A DNA stretch of 63,469 nucleotides, the filler included, from Reticulomyxa filosa (Eukaryota; Protista; Foraminifera): assembly GCA_000512085.1 (NCBI GenBank). It is 17 parts of 17 records of this genome, joined end to end, with 100 filler letters (N's around TTAATTAATTAA, not from the genome) between each part and the next. Parts side by side here need not be neighbours in the genome. Positions count along the whole stretch, not along the records: positions 48,665 to 51,709 come from ASPP01021382.1; positions 51,810 to 52,814 come from ASPP01043099.1; positions 52,915 to 62,173 come from ASPP01037913.1; positions 62,274 to 63,469 come from ASPP01029634.1; 13 more parts are not named here. One strand, 5' to 3'. Below the pieces are notes generated by a model. That model worked only from the letters and a program-made list of their open reading frames with translations. It ran no database searches and was not told the origin of the DNA. Of this stretch, positions 48,702 to 62,371 are shown piece by piece (positions within the stretch are counted from its first letter, which is position 1; every line of letters begins with the position of its first letter). Position numbers and translations under genes: made by a program.

Positions 48702-51700
48702 AACCAACAATACTTTGCAACGAACCTAGCTCTTTTAGTGAGAGTCGATGCTGAGTGATATCATCGATATATTTCCTAATTGCCTCGCATGATAAGTGAT
48801 CATGACGGTTGTACTCTTTGCACCATTGAATTTTGCGTCGGGTCACTTCTAAGTGCCTATTGTAACCAGAGTTTAAGAGGTGATTCAACACATAGTCCCA
48901 GTCCGGTGTTTCGTTACTTTTTAGGTCTGTGCTTTCTTCTTTTTGTTCGTCAACGCTATCTATTAATTGCGGAGTTTGGTGGTGAGGACAGCTGTTCTCC
49001 ATGTGGGCATTGCCCGCCCCACTTGTTGAACTCATGGTACTTGCTACGCTTGGAGTTGTGACACCTTCTTTCAATGACAATTTTTCATCTTCTCTTTTTT
49101 CTTGGCCTGTTTTTAACTTAGTTGAACGGACTTTTGATCTACTTCGTCTGCACAGACAATTGTTATATTTTCCCATAACGTTTTCTGGTCTGAATTTTCA
49201 AACGAGGAAAAGGGATAAAGAAACTTTCTGGTAGTTGTACTCTTTCCAAAAAAAAAAAATTTCATGTGAAACATTGGCAAAGGAGGATCACACACTTTGT
49301 TTTGCCAATTAAATTTGACATGTTTAACACAAAAAACAATATAGGACCGACTTATAAGTTTTCGATGAATTTGTTTTAATAGTGGCTCAAAGAATATTGA
49401 AACTGTCAAGACAATGTATTCAATAAAAACCCAACCCATCTTTAATTTAAAATATTTGGTCAACATTTACTGCAATCCTGTCTCTCATTTTTTTTTTTGT
49501 GACAGCATAAGCAATAGTGCCTTATCCAAAAAAAGCGTTTTCTCCCAAAGCAAGCGATTCTTCTTGTTTTGGTATTGACTTTGATTGGAGTGTATCATTT
49601 AAGCGAAGCTTCGATCTGTATTATACGTGTATTGAACCACAATAGAATAGCAGAGATATAACGATACAGCACAACTCGTTAGTAAAATGCACAAATCATA
49701 GATAAGACAAGCATGTACCTATTATCCTGTTTTTCAGTATTCGTTTTTTTCGTAAATGACAGCGACGTCGATAGTTGTGAGAAAGGTAATTCATCTCGAT
49801 TTCGATTATCGTCCTTTCTCGATTGTTTTGCCGATCGATTTAAGATTGGGCTTTGTGAAAGCGTGTTAATATTTACGTCTTTATGTTTGCTTTCAAAGAT
49901 AGGCAATGGCTCCGTATTTGATGTCGCGTTATTATTTGCTGTTACAGTTACAGAATTTAAAAAGCTTGTGTCCGGATTCAATTGAGACCGAGAGCCACTC
50001 TTGCACTGCTTTCCTATTCTTTCGACGGACTTTATCTCCGTCACACTATCGACAACAGCTTCCGATCCTCTTCCGTTCATCTTTGTGTTACATGTGTCGT
50101 ACGTATAAGTTTTATCTGTAATATTAGAGCCACAAAATATCTGTGTATTCTTTGCACTCGGTGCAAGGTATTCCTCACACTGAGAATTATCTAATGCTAG
50201 TTTGCTGCTTTGCTTACTCACAGTGCCTAATGTTTAACAACAACAATAACAACAACTTTGCTCCCTTAATTTTGACAGGGCTTATTCATACTTACTTTGC
50301 ACACTGCCGCGCTTTTGTGGAGATGGCGGTAAAGCCTCAATACTTGAAAATATAAGTCCATCGAAACAATCTGTGTTTGCAGGAGTATTTTTATGTGTTG
50401 CATTGATATCCGCGTTTGAATCCATGTTCAGTACTCCTGATTGGGAACACAAGTCGATGTGTTGAATAGTGTTTTCATGGGATTGATGAGCGTTGCTGTG
50501 GTCATTACACTCATTGACCTTCTTCGAAGGAGTATCGCACATTGGCGTTGACACAACAACAGACACAGGCATATTATAAAAACTGTTGCGCATCTCATTA
50601 TCGTCTCTCATTATCGTCATTATCATTGCCATCAAAATCATGTACTGTTCTCTCTTGACTAAAGATCTTCAAAGGTTCTTCTGTGGCTCTGTTTGATGCA
50701 TTGTCGCGACTGGAATAGTTTTCTTTTCCAAACGTCAATCGTTTGTGTGTCACATCTTTGTAACAGAGGGCATCATTATTGTCACGTGATCTTTCACAAG
50801 TCATTTCGTATCGAAATGAGTCCAAATCTAAGGCAATAGGGGGAGTGTCTTGTGAATGCATGCTAGATGTGCTGTAAACATTTTTTTATTTATTGCAACA
50901 ACAAGCATTTACCAAAAAAAAAAAAAGAAAAAGAAACGTAGCGTCAAGAATTACAATAAAATGTTATATTTAAAATAACTTGATTTGTCGCTGATCCACC
51001 CCGTTATTTATAAAAGGAGTAGCAAATGTGTTTGTCTTTCTTCGCTTACGACATAGATCATTTGAATCATTGCCGAAGGAAGACATATCCTCATTGATGC
51101 CAACGCCATCCTTACGAGCATCGTTTTATTGTCTTCGTTCTCAAACGCGGACCATTTGCGCTTTTGTGCTCTCGCTTTTTTTTTTTGTAAATAATTGTGA
51201 TGCTTTTTTCAATTTTGTTGCGTATTGTTTTGCGGTATATATGTACACATACAATATGTGTATGTTGTTATTGTATACGTGTAGTCAAAGATTTTAATGG
51301 CTTGGCAGAAGCAATCATCAACGACGGAGATTCAATTATGACCGTCTTTGTCGGCGTGAGCTGCTTTTGCTCGTCGCTCTTTTGTGTACGCAAAAAAACA
51401 TCTGCAATTGGCGTCTTGGCTTCTTCAAATGCAAATGCTTGTAAATCGAGCACATTTACATCTTTGGAGCGCAAGATTGCGTTTGACTCAATTGCACAAA
51501 GGAAGTCCTCTTTATCTTCCTCTTCTGTTTCATTCATATCGTCATCGTCTTCGCTATCATCGCTCAACGTTTCATCTTGGCGTTGCCATGAGAGGTCACT
51601 TTGGGAACGGGATAATGGCTTATGTATCTGATTTTTGTTTAACGCGCTAATTGTTGGCTTCTCCTTTTCGTCTTGTTTGGTCTTCTCAGTGACCATGTTT

Positions 51701-51709
51701 GCATTATCT
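48700..51709 (-). CDS. Low-complexity multi-exon unknown protein(s), probably frameshifted
   Basis: Collinear S/N/D/E/K-rich minus-strand ORFs 51268-51696, 50598-50861, 50282-50641, 49679-50221, 48613-49176 separated by intron-like tracts. Confidence 0.5.
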
Positions 51710-51809
51710 NNNNNNNNNNNNNNNNNNNNNNNNNNNNNNNNNNNNNNNNNNNNTTAATTAATTAANNNNNNNNNNNNNNNNNNNNNNNNNNNNNNNNNNN
51801 NNNNNNNNN

Positions 51810-52146
51810 ATAATAAGCAATTACAAATATTCAATGGACACACTGATAGTGTTATGGTATTGAATTTTCACCATTTAATGGTGGTTGGTATTTGTGTTCT
51901 GGATCACAAGATAATACAATTCGTTTTTGGGATATTCGATCAAATAAGAGTGAATTGTATATTATCAAAGGAGATGATAAAGAAGATGATGGAGTAATTT
52001 GTCTTAAATTTATTGAATTAAAAAAGAAGGATAATACAAATAATGTTACATATGATTTGAATTTGTGTTATGGTTCAGCCGAAGGTCCAATTCATATTTG
52101 GTCGAATAAGAAACGAAATTGTTTTTTGTTTGAAAAGTTTTATTAA
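51810..52146 (+). pseudogene. C-terminal fragment of a WD40 protein of the same family as 37555-39481
   Basis: KQLQIFNGHTDSV..(frameshift)..EFSPFNGGWYLCSGSQDNTIRFWDIRSNK..NLCYGSAEGPIHIW; appears internally deleted relative to the paralogue. Confidence 0.8.
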
Positions 52147-52914
52147 AAGAAAAGTAGGGTGATATTAAAATTGTTTGATTTGATTGAATGCAAGCTTTGA
52201 AAGATGTGTTGTACTTTGCTTGTTGTTTAAAGCTACACAAGTGTAAACCATTTCAAAATTCTTAATAATTAATTTTTATCTGTCATTTTTTAAGGAAACA
52301 AGTTAATTCAAAAAGAAAAGTACAACATTCGTGTTTTCATACTTTCATAATTTCAAAAAGGACACAAACAATGTTTATCTGATAAAGATACTTTAGTTTA
52401 TGCTTAGATTTGAAGTTCATTTTGAAAATCTTTTTTGGAAAAATGAGGCAGGGCAAACGTCTGTTCTCAAAGATGATTTCATAGTCGAAAGAAAGTCTTA
52501 TCAAACAAGGAAGCAATGAGTCTCCAATTGACTCGACCACATTGCAAAATGTGTTTAGTTCAAGCTGCGAACACTGTATGTGCACTTCAATAATCAACAG
52601 ATGGACGAAAACTCATTTGAGTGCATTTCCAGAGACTCAATCAGATGTATCTTCAATATGAACCAGAAAACAATGAAAAAGAAGAAATATTCAAGAGAAA
52701 AAGAAAAAGAAAACAATAAAATGCTTTGTATACAACACGGAGTACGCAATCGAAAAGAAGGAAAAAAGAAGACATATACAGTAGATTGCAAAAAAAACTG
52801 CCATACCTAAATGGNNNNNNNNNNNNNNNNNNNNNNNNNNNNNNNNNNNNNNNNNNNNTTAATTAATTAANNNNNNNNNNNNNNNNNNNNNNNNNNNNNN
52901 NNNNNNNNNNNNNN

Positions 52915-52952
<38 letters not shown>

Positions 52953-52954
<2 letters not shown>

Positions 52955-53656
52955 TGCAGGATTGGATTTTCGTGTGGAAAGAGTTTTATTGAATAATATG
53001 AAACAAAAGGACAAACAATGTCTTGAAAACACAAAGGACTCAAAGAAGGAACTAAACACTACTCTATATGTCCATGCAATTGATATGCCTTGTGTGATAG
53101 CTTTGCGAAAAGGCTTTCAACATCTGGTGGACTCGATTTGTGAGCAGCATCCTTGGTGGGGACATAGCTACAATCTTCAAAATATGCATATTGGTCAAGA
53201 TCTTGTTCAATCACTTGCTTTACAGCAGTTGATAGACAGTGTCAATCTACTTGACCAACGACACACACGAGATCAACATATCGAGTCGAAGCCGGATTTC
53301 AGTCATGTCTTATTTGTTGCTGAAGCACTATTCCTTCATATGAGGCCAAATGATGTTAAATTACTTTTCTTTATTTAATATGTATGTTTTCAAATCTTTG
53401 TCATTTGATTGTAACATTTATTGCAAAAAAGGTGAAAGACCTTATTGAACAATTAGCAGTAATTTTTCCTGGAGCGTCTATGCTAAGTGATTACGAAGAA
53501 CTGATAAAACAAGATTTGAAACATATACAAGTACTGAATGAATTGATAGTGTATGACAACGAACGAGTAAAACAACAATTGCCCTTTTGGTTCAAATTGC
53601 TGTTTGGTAATATATCTCGAAAGTTATATCGAGTATCTTTAATTCAGTTTGTATAA
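52953..53656 (+). CDS. TcmP/LCM-family methyltransferase, paralogue of 40812-42066; 5'-partial
   Basis: AGLDFRVERVL, HAIDMPCVIALR, VLFVAEALFLHM (cf. LFxAEGLLMYL), LAVIFPGASMLSD, LPFWFKLLFG. Intron ~53355-53431. Confidence 0.82.
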
Positions 53657-54786
53657 GAAACATTAAATAAGACTTTTCCTTTTCGAAAAAGTGTTTTAAT
53701 ATATATTTGAATGCAACATTTTTGTAATATTGATATAACATAGTAATCCTAATATTTACAATAATATTATTACTAAACTATATTATTGTATTATATTAAT
53801 TAATTATTTTATTAATGTTTGCTAGTTTGAATTTTATCATTTATCATAATACAACTTTACAAAAGCTTTGTTTGAATGAAATTAAAGACATCAACAACTA
53901 TATACATCAATATGTATATGAAAGAATTTTGAAGAATCAATTCAAATATTACAACGACTTCGTATTATGCCAAGTTCGTATAAGAACAAACTACTAAAAA
54001 ATTTTTATTAGCATAAATTTTTTTACATATGTCGAAAATCTAATATATCGTGAAATGTAATTTACATGCCAACTACTCAACTGCCAAATTAAGCTTCATT
54101 AAACATTATGCTAAACATAATATAATGAACAATCAAAAATCATAAACAAAATTCAGTATGATAAAAGTGTTTAAATTTTTTTGTTTTAGTTTTCTTTAAT
54201 TTGTTGAAAGAAATACATTATATCAATATTTTCTGAAAATTAACACTTCGAAAATAAAAACTCAGATTATTCCGTTTAGTAACGTTATCTTAATCCATAC
54301 TGACTATCAACAATGAAAATCAATTATTTTCATAACCGTTAATTGATATAGACTTACAATCTTTGAGAGTTTATGTTTTTTTTGATATTTTAATACTTCA
54401 TAAAAACTTGAAATATGTTTTTTCGCTTATTGTTTTCTATTATGATGACTTTTTCCTTTTGCTTTTTGTTTTCTCATTTAAAGCTCAGCTGCTTCTATTT
54501 TTTTCACTCAAACTTTCAATTACTTAGATTGCTGACTTTTTACCATAAGTTTGTGCAGCTACGAATCACAACACAGATAATTAAGAACACTTTTCTTGGC
54601 ACAAGATTGCAAGTCACAAAATTTACACGCAATGCTAAGTCAAACATGGTCCATTATTGAAAAGTATCGCACGAAACGAAAGAGATTAATTTTTTTTATT
54701 TGATCAAGAGTGACTTTTCTTATGTTTGTTACTTAAAAAATGTAAAAGTTATAGAGTCAAACACTTTCTGATAATATCATCAGAAA

Positions 54787-56696
54787 TCATTGTTCTGTTG
54801 CCGTGCTCGTGACATGGCCATTATCAGAATGATGATTCTCTTGACTCGAGCCATTTTTTTCTGGTATATTGTCGGTTTTGTTGTCGCTGCCATTTTGTGT
54901 GTCGCTATCATTTTGTTGTTGACCCTCAAGCAGATATTGCTTGTACTGCTCCACTTCAAAATCATACGAATATTTTAGGTCCAGAGAGCCTCCATATTTG
55001 GTCAGTAGTACATCCTTGTCAATTAAATTTGCAAAGGTTTTGTAGTTTTTGGAGTTTTCTAACGATACCACTTCAATTTTATCTTTGGTGTTCTGTGTTA
55101 AAGTGTTTCAACACGCAATACAAACGATTTACTAGAAGGGATGAAGAAACACTAGGATAGAGAGACAGAGGATAAAAGTCGAAGAAGTGAGGTAAAGGGA
55201 AGCAAAAAGAGCACATGTACAAACTTCAGTCAAGAGTGGAGCCATCATATTCCATACAACCCGAAAGTACCACGGAGCAAACACAATGAACAATTTGTAG
55301 AGCCTCTCTGGATAATAATAAGTGAACATGTGTGCCACTTCTTTCAATACCACAAAAGGAGGGACGGTGGAATACGACAATGGTTCCAGATCAAAAATCC
55401 ACGTCACTTGACACAGTCCATTCTTTTCACTAATTCGATTGCATTTTTCCTTTATCACATCAATATACGCATACATATATATATATATATATATATAATG
55501 TCTATGTATGTGCATGTGCATAAACGCTTGCAAACCAAAGTAGTAGCCAAATAGAGTACTAAACAACAATGTAGGCAGCACCTCGAACTAGCGCCCACGG
55601 ATCGGACAAAGGTTGTTCCGACAGACGGAAATAAGCGAGGGCATGTCCAAGTTTGTCCGTGTGTCCAAAAGAGAAGATGATGTTCATTTTGAGTTCGTCT
55701 TCGACAATAGTCGGGGTGAGATAATCGATTCCATTCAGCACTCGCCAACTCACCACCTTCAATAAACTGCGCTTCGCCAATTCCAATCGAAAGTCGCTCC
55801 CTTTCAAGTGACGGATCAGTACCGCCATATTATTTTGATAGTTTTTTTCCAAATACTCGTAAAATATCTTCGGCGCATTGCACACCATTTCATGCTTTTC
55901 GATCCAATCCATTTTTTTTTTTTTTGCAAAACAATCCCCTTTTTTTTTTTTAATATTAATCCCCCCCCTTTTTTTTTTTTTTTTTAATATTTATTACATA
56001 CACAAGAAAAAAAAAAAAACCTTAGTTGAAGCAAGTGCAAATGGATTCCATAGCGATTTTTCGGCGGCTTTTGGTTGATTCTATACATTTGGTGATAATC
56101 AAATAAATATGTTAATGTGATGGGAAAGAAAGAAAGTAAATCGACAGAGCATATTCAAAGATAATCCTCTGCTCTATCTATTTGTCTTTTTATTGGTACT
56201 AATACCCCCTTTCTTATGTTTCTTCCCCTTTTTTTTATCTCTCAAAAAAAAAAAAAAAAAACAAAAACGGAACGTTGTCATTTTCGTTTGAATTGTTGTG
56301 GTCGGAAGATATACTCGCATCCACGCGATTGATGTGATCCGACCACTCACTTAGCGAGATATGGTAAATGTTGTTGTCGTCTTTGTTTTCGCTGGTCACG
56401 TCGGGCTTTGGGATAGGCTTGCTCTTTTGACACTCAAACAATGCGCTGTCGTTTTTGTCATATTGCCACTCGAACTTCTTTGGCTCCTTTATCACCTTGT
56501 CCACGTATCTCTTCAATCGATGCAGCAACGCTTCGTGCTCTTCAGTCAAGGGAATGTCGCTGTCCGTGTAGTAGTACGTAGGCTTGCCTTCTGTCTTCTT
56601 TTGATCTTCTTTTGTTTCACTGTAGTTTTCCTTTGATTCACCAGCCGTTTCACTCGAGTTTTGTGGATTTTCATTCATATTCGGCTGTGCGGACAT
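54787..56696 (-). CDS. CRAL-TRIO / Sec14-like lipid-binding protein
   Basis: LIRHLKGSDFRLELAKRSL..WR, GHTDKLGHALAY, QVTWIFDLEPL, YYPERLYKLFIVFAPWYFRVVWNMMAPLL, IDKDVLLTKYGGSLD. Multi-exon. Confidence 0.93.
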
Positions 56697-57080
56697 GCCT
56701 GTCAAGGTTTTTTTCTCTCTTCGTAAAAATATTCAACTTCTTCTTAGTTCGTAACTTATGGTTCATTGAAAATTGCGTTATTGTCAATCGCTTATTTCGT
56801 ATATTTTCAAAAATATCTATATTGCAAAAATTTTGAGATGTCCATTGTTGCATGCCGTTGTTTCATGTACAAAACGGTATTCCTGAGAAGATCTCTTTTG
56901 TGTCTTACTTATCTTCTTATGAAATAAAGCTATTTTTGGCTTATTCGAGTGTCGTATATTCAGTAGCCGTACCTTTTTTTAAAAAAAATTACAGCGACCG
57001 TCTTTTTTTAAACTGAAAACCTCTTGGCCTTTTTGTTTGCTATTTATACTCTAGCTGTGAAATCTAATTTCTGAAAAACC

Positions 57081-58628
57081 ATGTTCGATACAACATCTCC
57101 TAAAGATTGGAAAATGGAGTATACAAGTTTGGGTGGCACTGGTTTGCAAGTGTCACGTTTGGGGTTTGGAATGATGACGTTTGACACACTGGAGCAAGCA
57201 AAAGAGTTGGTTGCGGCGTGTCGTAAGCAGGGATTAACTACTTTGACAATGCGGAAGCCTATGGAAATCCTCGTGGAAACTGCGAGATACTGTTTGGAGA
57301 GGCGCTCAAGCAGTTGCAAAAAACCGATCCATATCTGTATCGTCGTACTGACTTGGTGATCACTACAAAATTTTTTTGGGCGCCGTCAGGACATCCACAA
57401 AGTATCCAAAGAAGATTCGACTACTCATACAATGGCATCAATGAATACGGCACAAGTCGTAAACATATTATGGAAGTTTCGAAAAACCTTTTTTTTTTTT
57501 TCTCTTTTGATTTGCGTTTGCGCGCGTCGCTCAATTTCTCGTAGGTGGTAATTGATCTTACATCGAAAAACTCGGATTAAAAAAAAAAGATGTACATATA
57601 TATATACGTATACATTATACTTGAATAGTGTGTATTGTGCTTAAAATATAGTCGATTGACAAATCGTTGAAAAGATTGCAACTGGATTATATCGATGTAG
57701 TGTATGCACATAGATTTGACGCTCTGACGCCAGTGTTGGAGGTGGTACGTGCGTTTACGGATGTTGTGAAGAGCGGGAAAGCTCATTATTGGGGCACTTC
57801 AATGTGGCCAAGCTGGCGAATCATCCAAGCCTTTCATTTGGCACAACAGTACAACTTGATCCCTCCCATTGTCGAACAGCCTAAATACAATCTTTTTGAC
57901 CGACGTATGTCTACTTTCTTAGTGTATAACCTTATTCAAAGGTGATTATTTATGCGGACATATACATAATGTATACGTTTGTATTAATCTTTTTTTTTTT
58001 GAAAGTTTAACTAGTGTGTATCTAATGTTCAACTTTTTTTTTTTATTTGTCTACGAAAATTTGATCAGATTATGTGGAAGATCATTACTTGCCAGTGTTT
58101 GATCATCCTTATAACATTGGCACAACTATTTGGGGTGCATTGGACGGTGGAATATTAAGTGGTAAATACAATTCTGGTGAAGTTCCAAAAGGATCACGAT
58201 TGGACAAAGCCAGTCGCTTGACTTTCTTTGATCCGAATATTCCGAAACATAAATTAGAAAAATTGCAAAAATTGCAACTAGTTAGCATTTTTTTGTTGTT
58301 ATTCGAAAGTTCTATTTAAGCTCAAGCCATTCGTTTCCCTTCTCATAAAAAACATACCATATGTGTGTCATATACATAGATTGCACAACGACTGGAAACT
58401 ACTGTATCTGTGCTATCCATTGCGTGGTGCTTGAAAAATAAACATGTTTCTGTTGTTTTGTTGGGAGCAACAAAGGCTTCTCAATTGGAAACATTTGCAG
58501 CAATTAAAGTGCAAGACAAATTGACTCCTTCCATAATGCAAGAAATTGAAGAAATTATACAAAATAAACCAAAATTGGACACCAATTTGTATGGGCCCTT
58601 TTTTAGAATTCCCAATGCCCGATTGTGA
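57081..58628 (+). CDS. Aldo-keto reductase, Kv-beta (AKR6)-like
   Basis: MEYTSLGGTGLQVSRLGFG, INYFDNAEAYG (after a 1-nt correction at ~57232), LVITTKFFW, SRKHIME, LKRLQLDYIDVVYAHRFD, GKAHYWGTSMW, PIVEQPKYNL, LSIAWCLKN..VLLGAT. Three introns. Confidence 0.95.
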
Positions 58629-58932
58629 GGTGTTGAATTATTTTTTTTGTTAACTGTTTCAATCAATATTACATGTTTTAAACATGTAATTGGTACTTTG
58701 AATAGTGCTATTCTAGCCTTTTCTTTTTGAAATTGATTTGACAATTTCATAACTTTCAGGTCAATAAAGACACCTGAGGAAAGTTACATCTTAAATTTCC
58801 AATTGATTGTCATTGTAAAGTTAAACCAAAAAGTATTGAGGTCAATGAACCCCTCCCTTCACTAAAATTTCCAAATATAACTCAAAAAGATTGCATTGAA
58901 CACCTTTCACTTTTATACTATTTGGAAATGCG

Positions 58933-60515
58933 TTATTTATTACTCAGTATCAAATTAACCTCAGCTCCAACTCTGCGAATAGCGATACGATCCCAAATTT
59001 TTCTCGAGTCATCCGGAGATAAAGCTATAACTTTAGGCCGATATCCAGTTAACACTTGCATATCCAACAATTTTTGCGCTTCAGCCGCAGAGAAATCAAA
59101 ATGCAAGCGGGCATAGGCAAAAGTCTCGCCGGGGTGTTTATAAACGTGTTCAACTTTAATCTTTGCGGATTCGATCCATTTCTGAATACAAGTCACACGC
59201 ACACAATTGAGTAGGAAAACAAAGCAAACGTGCATCCGAGTCAAAAGTTGTATATATTTTACACAAGTTTAATTTCTCCTTGACACAATCACAGCTCATG
59301 TTTCGCACAAAACTGTAATGTCAAGCCACGTGGCATAATAGGGTAGATTTTGAATATATAAGCATTTGTCCATTTGAAATGGAATGACCTCACGTTTGAC
59401 CTCCAATCGGCACACATTGCTATAAAGAGGTCCCGGGCCAGTCAAGATTTGGCGTCCATGACAATCAAAGGTTTTCCCACATACCTGTTGCGCGAGTTCC
59501 TTATTCTTCAAAAAGACATAGCAGTCGCCCATGAAATGTTTCGAAACAATGTCTTGTTTCATTTTTTGTTTTTTCTGTTGACGCTTTTGTACGTCTTTAC
59601 TTTCAGCAAACTCATGTGTTATTAATGGGCATATAACGAGGCGAATTCCGCGTACGTTTTCTACTCCCAATTCGGTTTTCCAGTATTGCAATAAATCCTC
59701 GGATTTCATTCTGGGACTAAATCCTTTTGCAAATATCGAAGACGCGTTTAGTTCCTCTTTGCCCGGCATAGGGCCCATACTCGAGCTCCTTTGCACTTTC
59801 TGTCCCGATGCATCTAACACAAGATTTCTCGACATACGGATTACTTCCACCACATCATCTAGGTCGCGTGTCACACGCTGCACGTTGCCAAATCTCAGCA
59901 ATTGGTGTACTGGCAGCCCTGTTTATAATAATAACACATTCAATTATATTGTCGATACACACACACATATACATATCCCTTTTTTGTCCTCTCTAAATGT
60001 GATTCGTTTAACAACAATCCATTGCACAAATTATTCTCATATTTAAAAAAAAAAAAAAATTCTTCAGAATGACAAAGAAATTTCTTGATCATTTTCTTTT
60101 ACGAATTGTCGCAATTTTTTCTTTTTGGAGAGTTGTTGCTCTACAAACTACAGACAAAAAACACAGATATAGTGTACGAACATCCTCCATTTGCTTCCAT
60201 TGTCTTTAGCATATAGTCATCAAAGGGCAAATTCTCGTTACTGAAGTAGTATTCGATTTGCTTTTGTAAACCATATTTTTGATTCACGCTAAGTCTGCTC
60301 GAATTTATATGTTTAGGCTGCTCAGGCTTGTCTTCTTCTTTTTCTTTTTTGATTTTTTTTGTATCAGGCTCTCCCAAATGTGACTCTGGTTCCGTTTCGG
60401 CCAGTTTACGCTTTCTCGGTTCCTGTCGACATGTTTCAGTCAAGACAACATTTCTTCTCAATAACTTTTTTATTTATTGAGATACAAATTTATCTCTTTT
60501 AACTTTTGATGCCAT
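58933..60515 (-). CDS. La-motif RNA-binding protein (La/LARP7-like: LaM + RRM1 + C-terminal RRM)
   Basis: LQKQIEYYFSNENLPFDDYM, LPVHQLLRFGNVQRV..LVLDASGQKVQR, RRM1 SIFAKGF..FMGDCYVF, RRM2 CLYIQNLP..TFAYARL. Basic NLS-like RKRK at the N-terminus. Confidence 0.88.
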
Positions 60516-61099
60516 CTCTGTCTGATGATTAACACTATGTTTTATGGATAAAGAAAGGGGCTTAAGCACTAGTTGTTTCTCTATGTTTTACGAAGCTTTT
60601 TCTACAAAAAATGTTTTGGTCATTTCCACAAAAATTTGTAAAACATCCAAACATCTCTATTTATCTTGTACAAAAGAAGCTTGCTTAAATGAGCGCAATT
60701 TTTTAAAAAGGGCACTGTTCTTCGTTTGGGTGTAGTGCAAGTGATATTCACTATATTTCTTATCCTATTACCCGATAATCAGTAGAAATGGGGTGTGTCT
60801 TTTCCTCACATAATTTTTTTTTTCGAACATTATAATTTTGAAAATAAAAAAATATATATATATTATATAAGGAAAAGCGTTCCACTTTAATTTTACCAGC
60901 GTCCAAAAATGAATTTTGAAACAGCATCGGTGATGATTTTGTTTGTGTGTTGCAGAAAAAAGTTGTAGTGCTTCAAAACAAGTAAAGAGAAGGCAACAGG
61001 AAAAGAAAAGCACAGAACGAGTTTCCATGTTGCACTCTACATTTTTTTTTGTCCCCAAGCGTCTTTTGATCAGACAAAGGCGATCATGGATTAAAAAAC

Positions 61100-62105
61100 T
61101 TTATGTACGAAAATAGAGAGAAGAGTTAGTTCAATACATCCATTCTCTGCAAAAAAAAAACAGTGCGCTGAAACAAGAAAAAGCATCAGTTAAAGTCCCC
61201 TTTTTTAAAAAAAAGTAGACTCTCTATATACATAAATATATATATATATATGTACATACACAAATATGTATATAAGTCTTGGTGACAGTGTTTGGGGAAA
61301 AAAAGTGTTTTGTGTAAACATGAAAAAAACACCAACAAAAACGAACTCGCATGATGAACCAACTTGGAATGGGTGGACATTACGACGAATGAAAACTCGT
61401 TACGTCCAATGTACGCGGATCAAAAGCTCCGTGGTAAACTATCCAAGTACCGTGCGTCGGTGGCCGAGGCGTACTTGTTGGAGGAGTTTGACGATGACAC
61501 AAGTACATCGGACGACGAAGGATCAAAGCGTGGCAAGAAGAAAGGCAAAGACAAAGATAAAGCTAAAGACAAAGACAAGGGAAAAGGAAAAGGGAAGAAG
61601 AAAGAGAACGGGACCAGCCAGTCGCAACATGATGAAGACGACAGCAGCGACGAGGACGAGAGCGCCAGAACGTATAATGACAAGGAGAGCAACAAGCTGA
61701 TAGCAGAGCTGCAAAGCACCATCATGGACCTGCAGCAGCAGCTCGCCGAAGCCAGGAGGTATAGCATGCAGTTGGACATGGCGCACCAGACTAGCGTCCG
61801 CGAGTCCAAAAAGTTGAAAAACGAGCTGAGCAAACGGGGTCTTTTGTCCCAAGACATGGCCGCCAACAGCTATCAGAGGCCCAAGCCACATGAACAATCA
61901 GACGTGGAGGATGCTTTGCCAAGTGTCAATGGTGGTGATCATTATCATAATGATAATAATAATAATAATAATGATAATAACGATGATGATGACGATGAAT
62001 ATGATGAAAGCGGCATTGTCGATGTTTATCCTCTTCCTCCTCTTTATCCTCCTTCTTCCTCTTCGCACGCTCCTCAAGCTATCAATGACAAACCACAAAA
62101 GACAG
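61100..62105 (+). CDS. Lys/acidic-rich coiled-coil protein (fragment)
   Basis: ORF 61364 onward with coding-like GC and coiled coil IAELQSTIMDLQQQLAEA; probable upstream exon EELVQYIHSLQKKNSALKQE. Confidence 0.55.
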
Positions 62106-62371
62106 TTTTGAGTCTATATTCAAAAAAAAAAAATATTTTTATATATATGTATATATGTGTACATATATGTATCNNNNNNNNNNNNNNNNNNNNNNNNNNN
62201 NNNNNNNNNNNNNNNNNTTAATTAATTAANNNNNNNNNNNNNNNNNNNNNNNNNNNNNNNNNNNNNNNNNNNNTTTGGAAAGTTTGTCGTTATTTTTTTT
62301 TTACGTGCTTCTGTATGGTAATGTCTTTTTTTAAACAAAAAAAACGTGGAGTGTATTCATATATTGAATAG

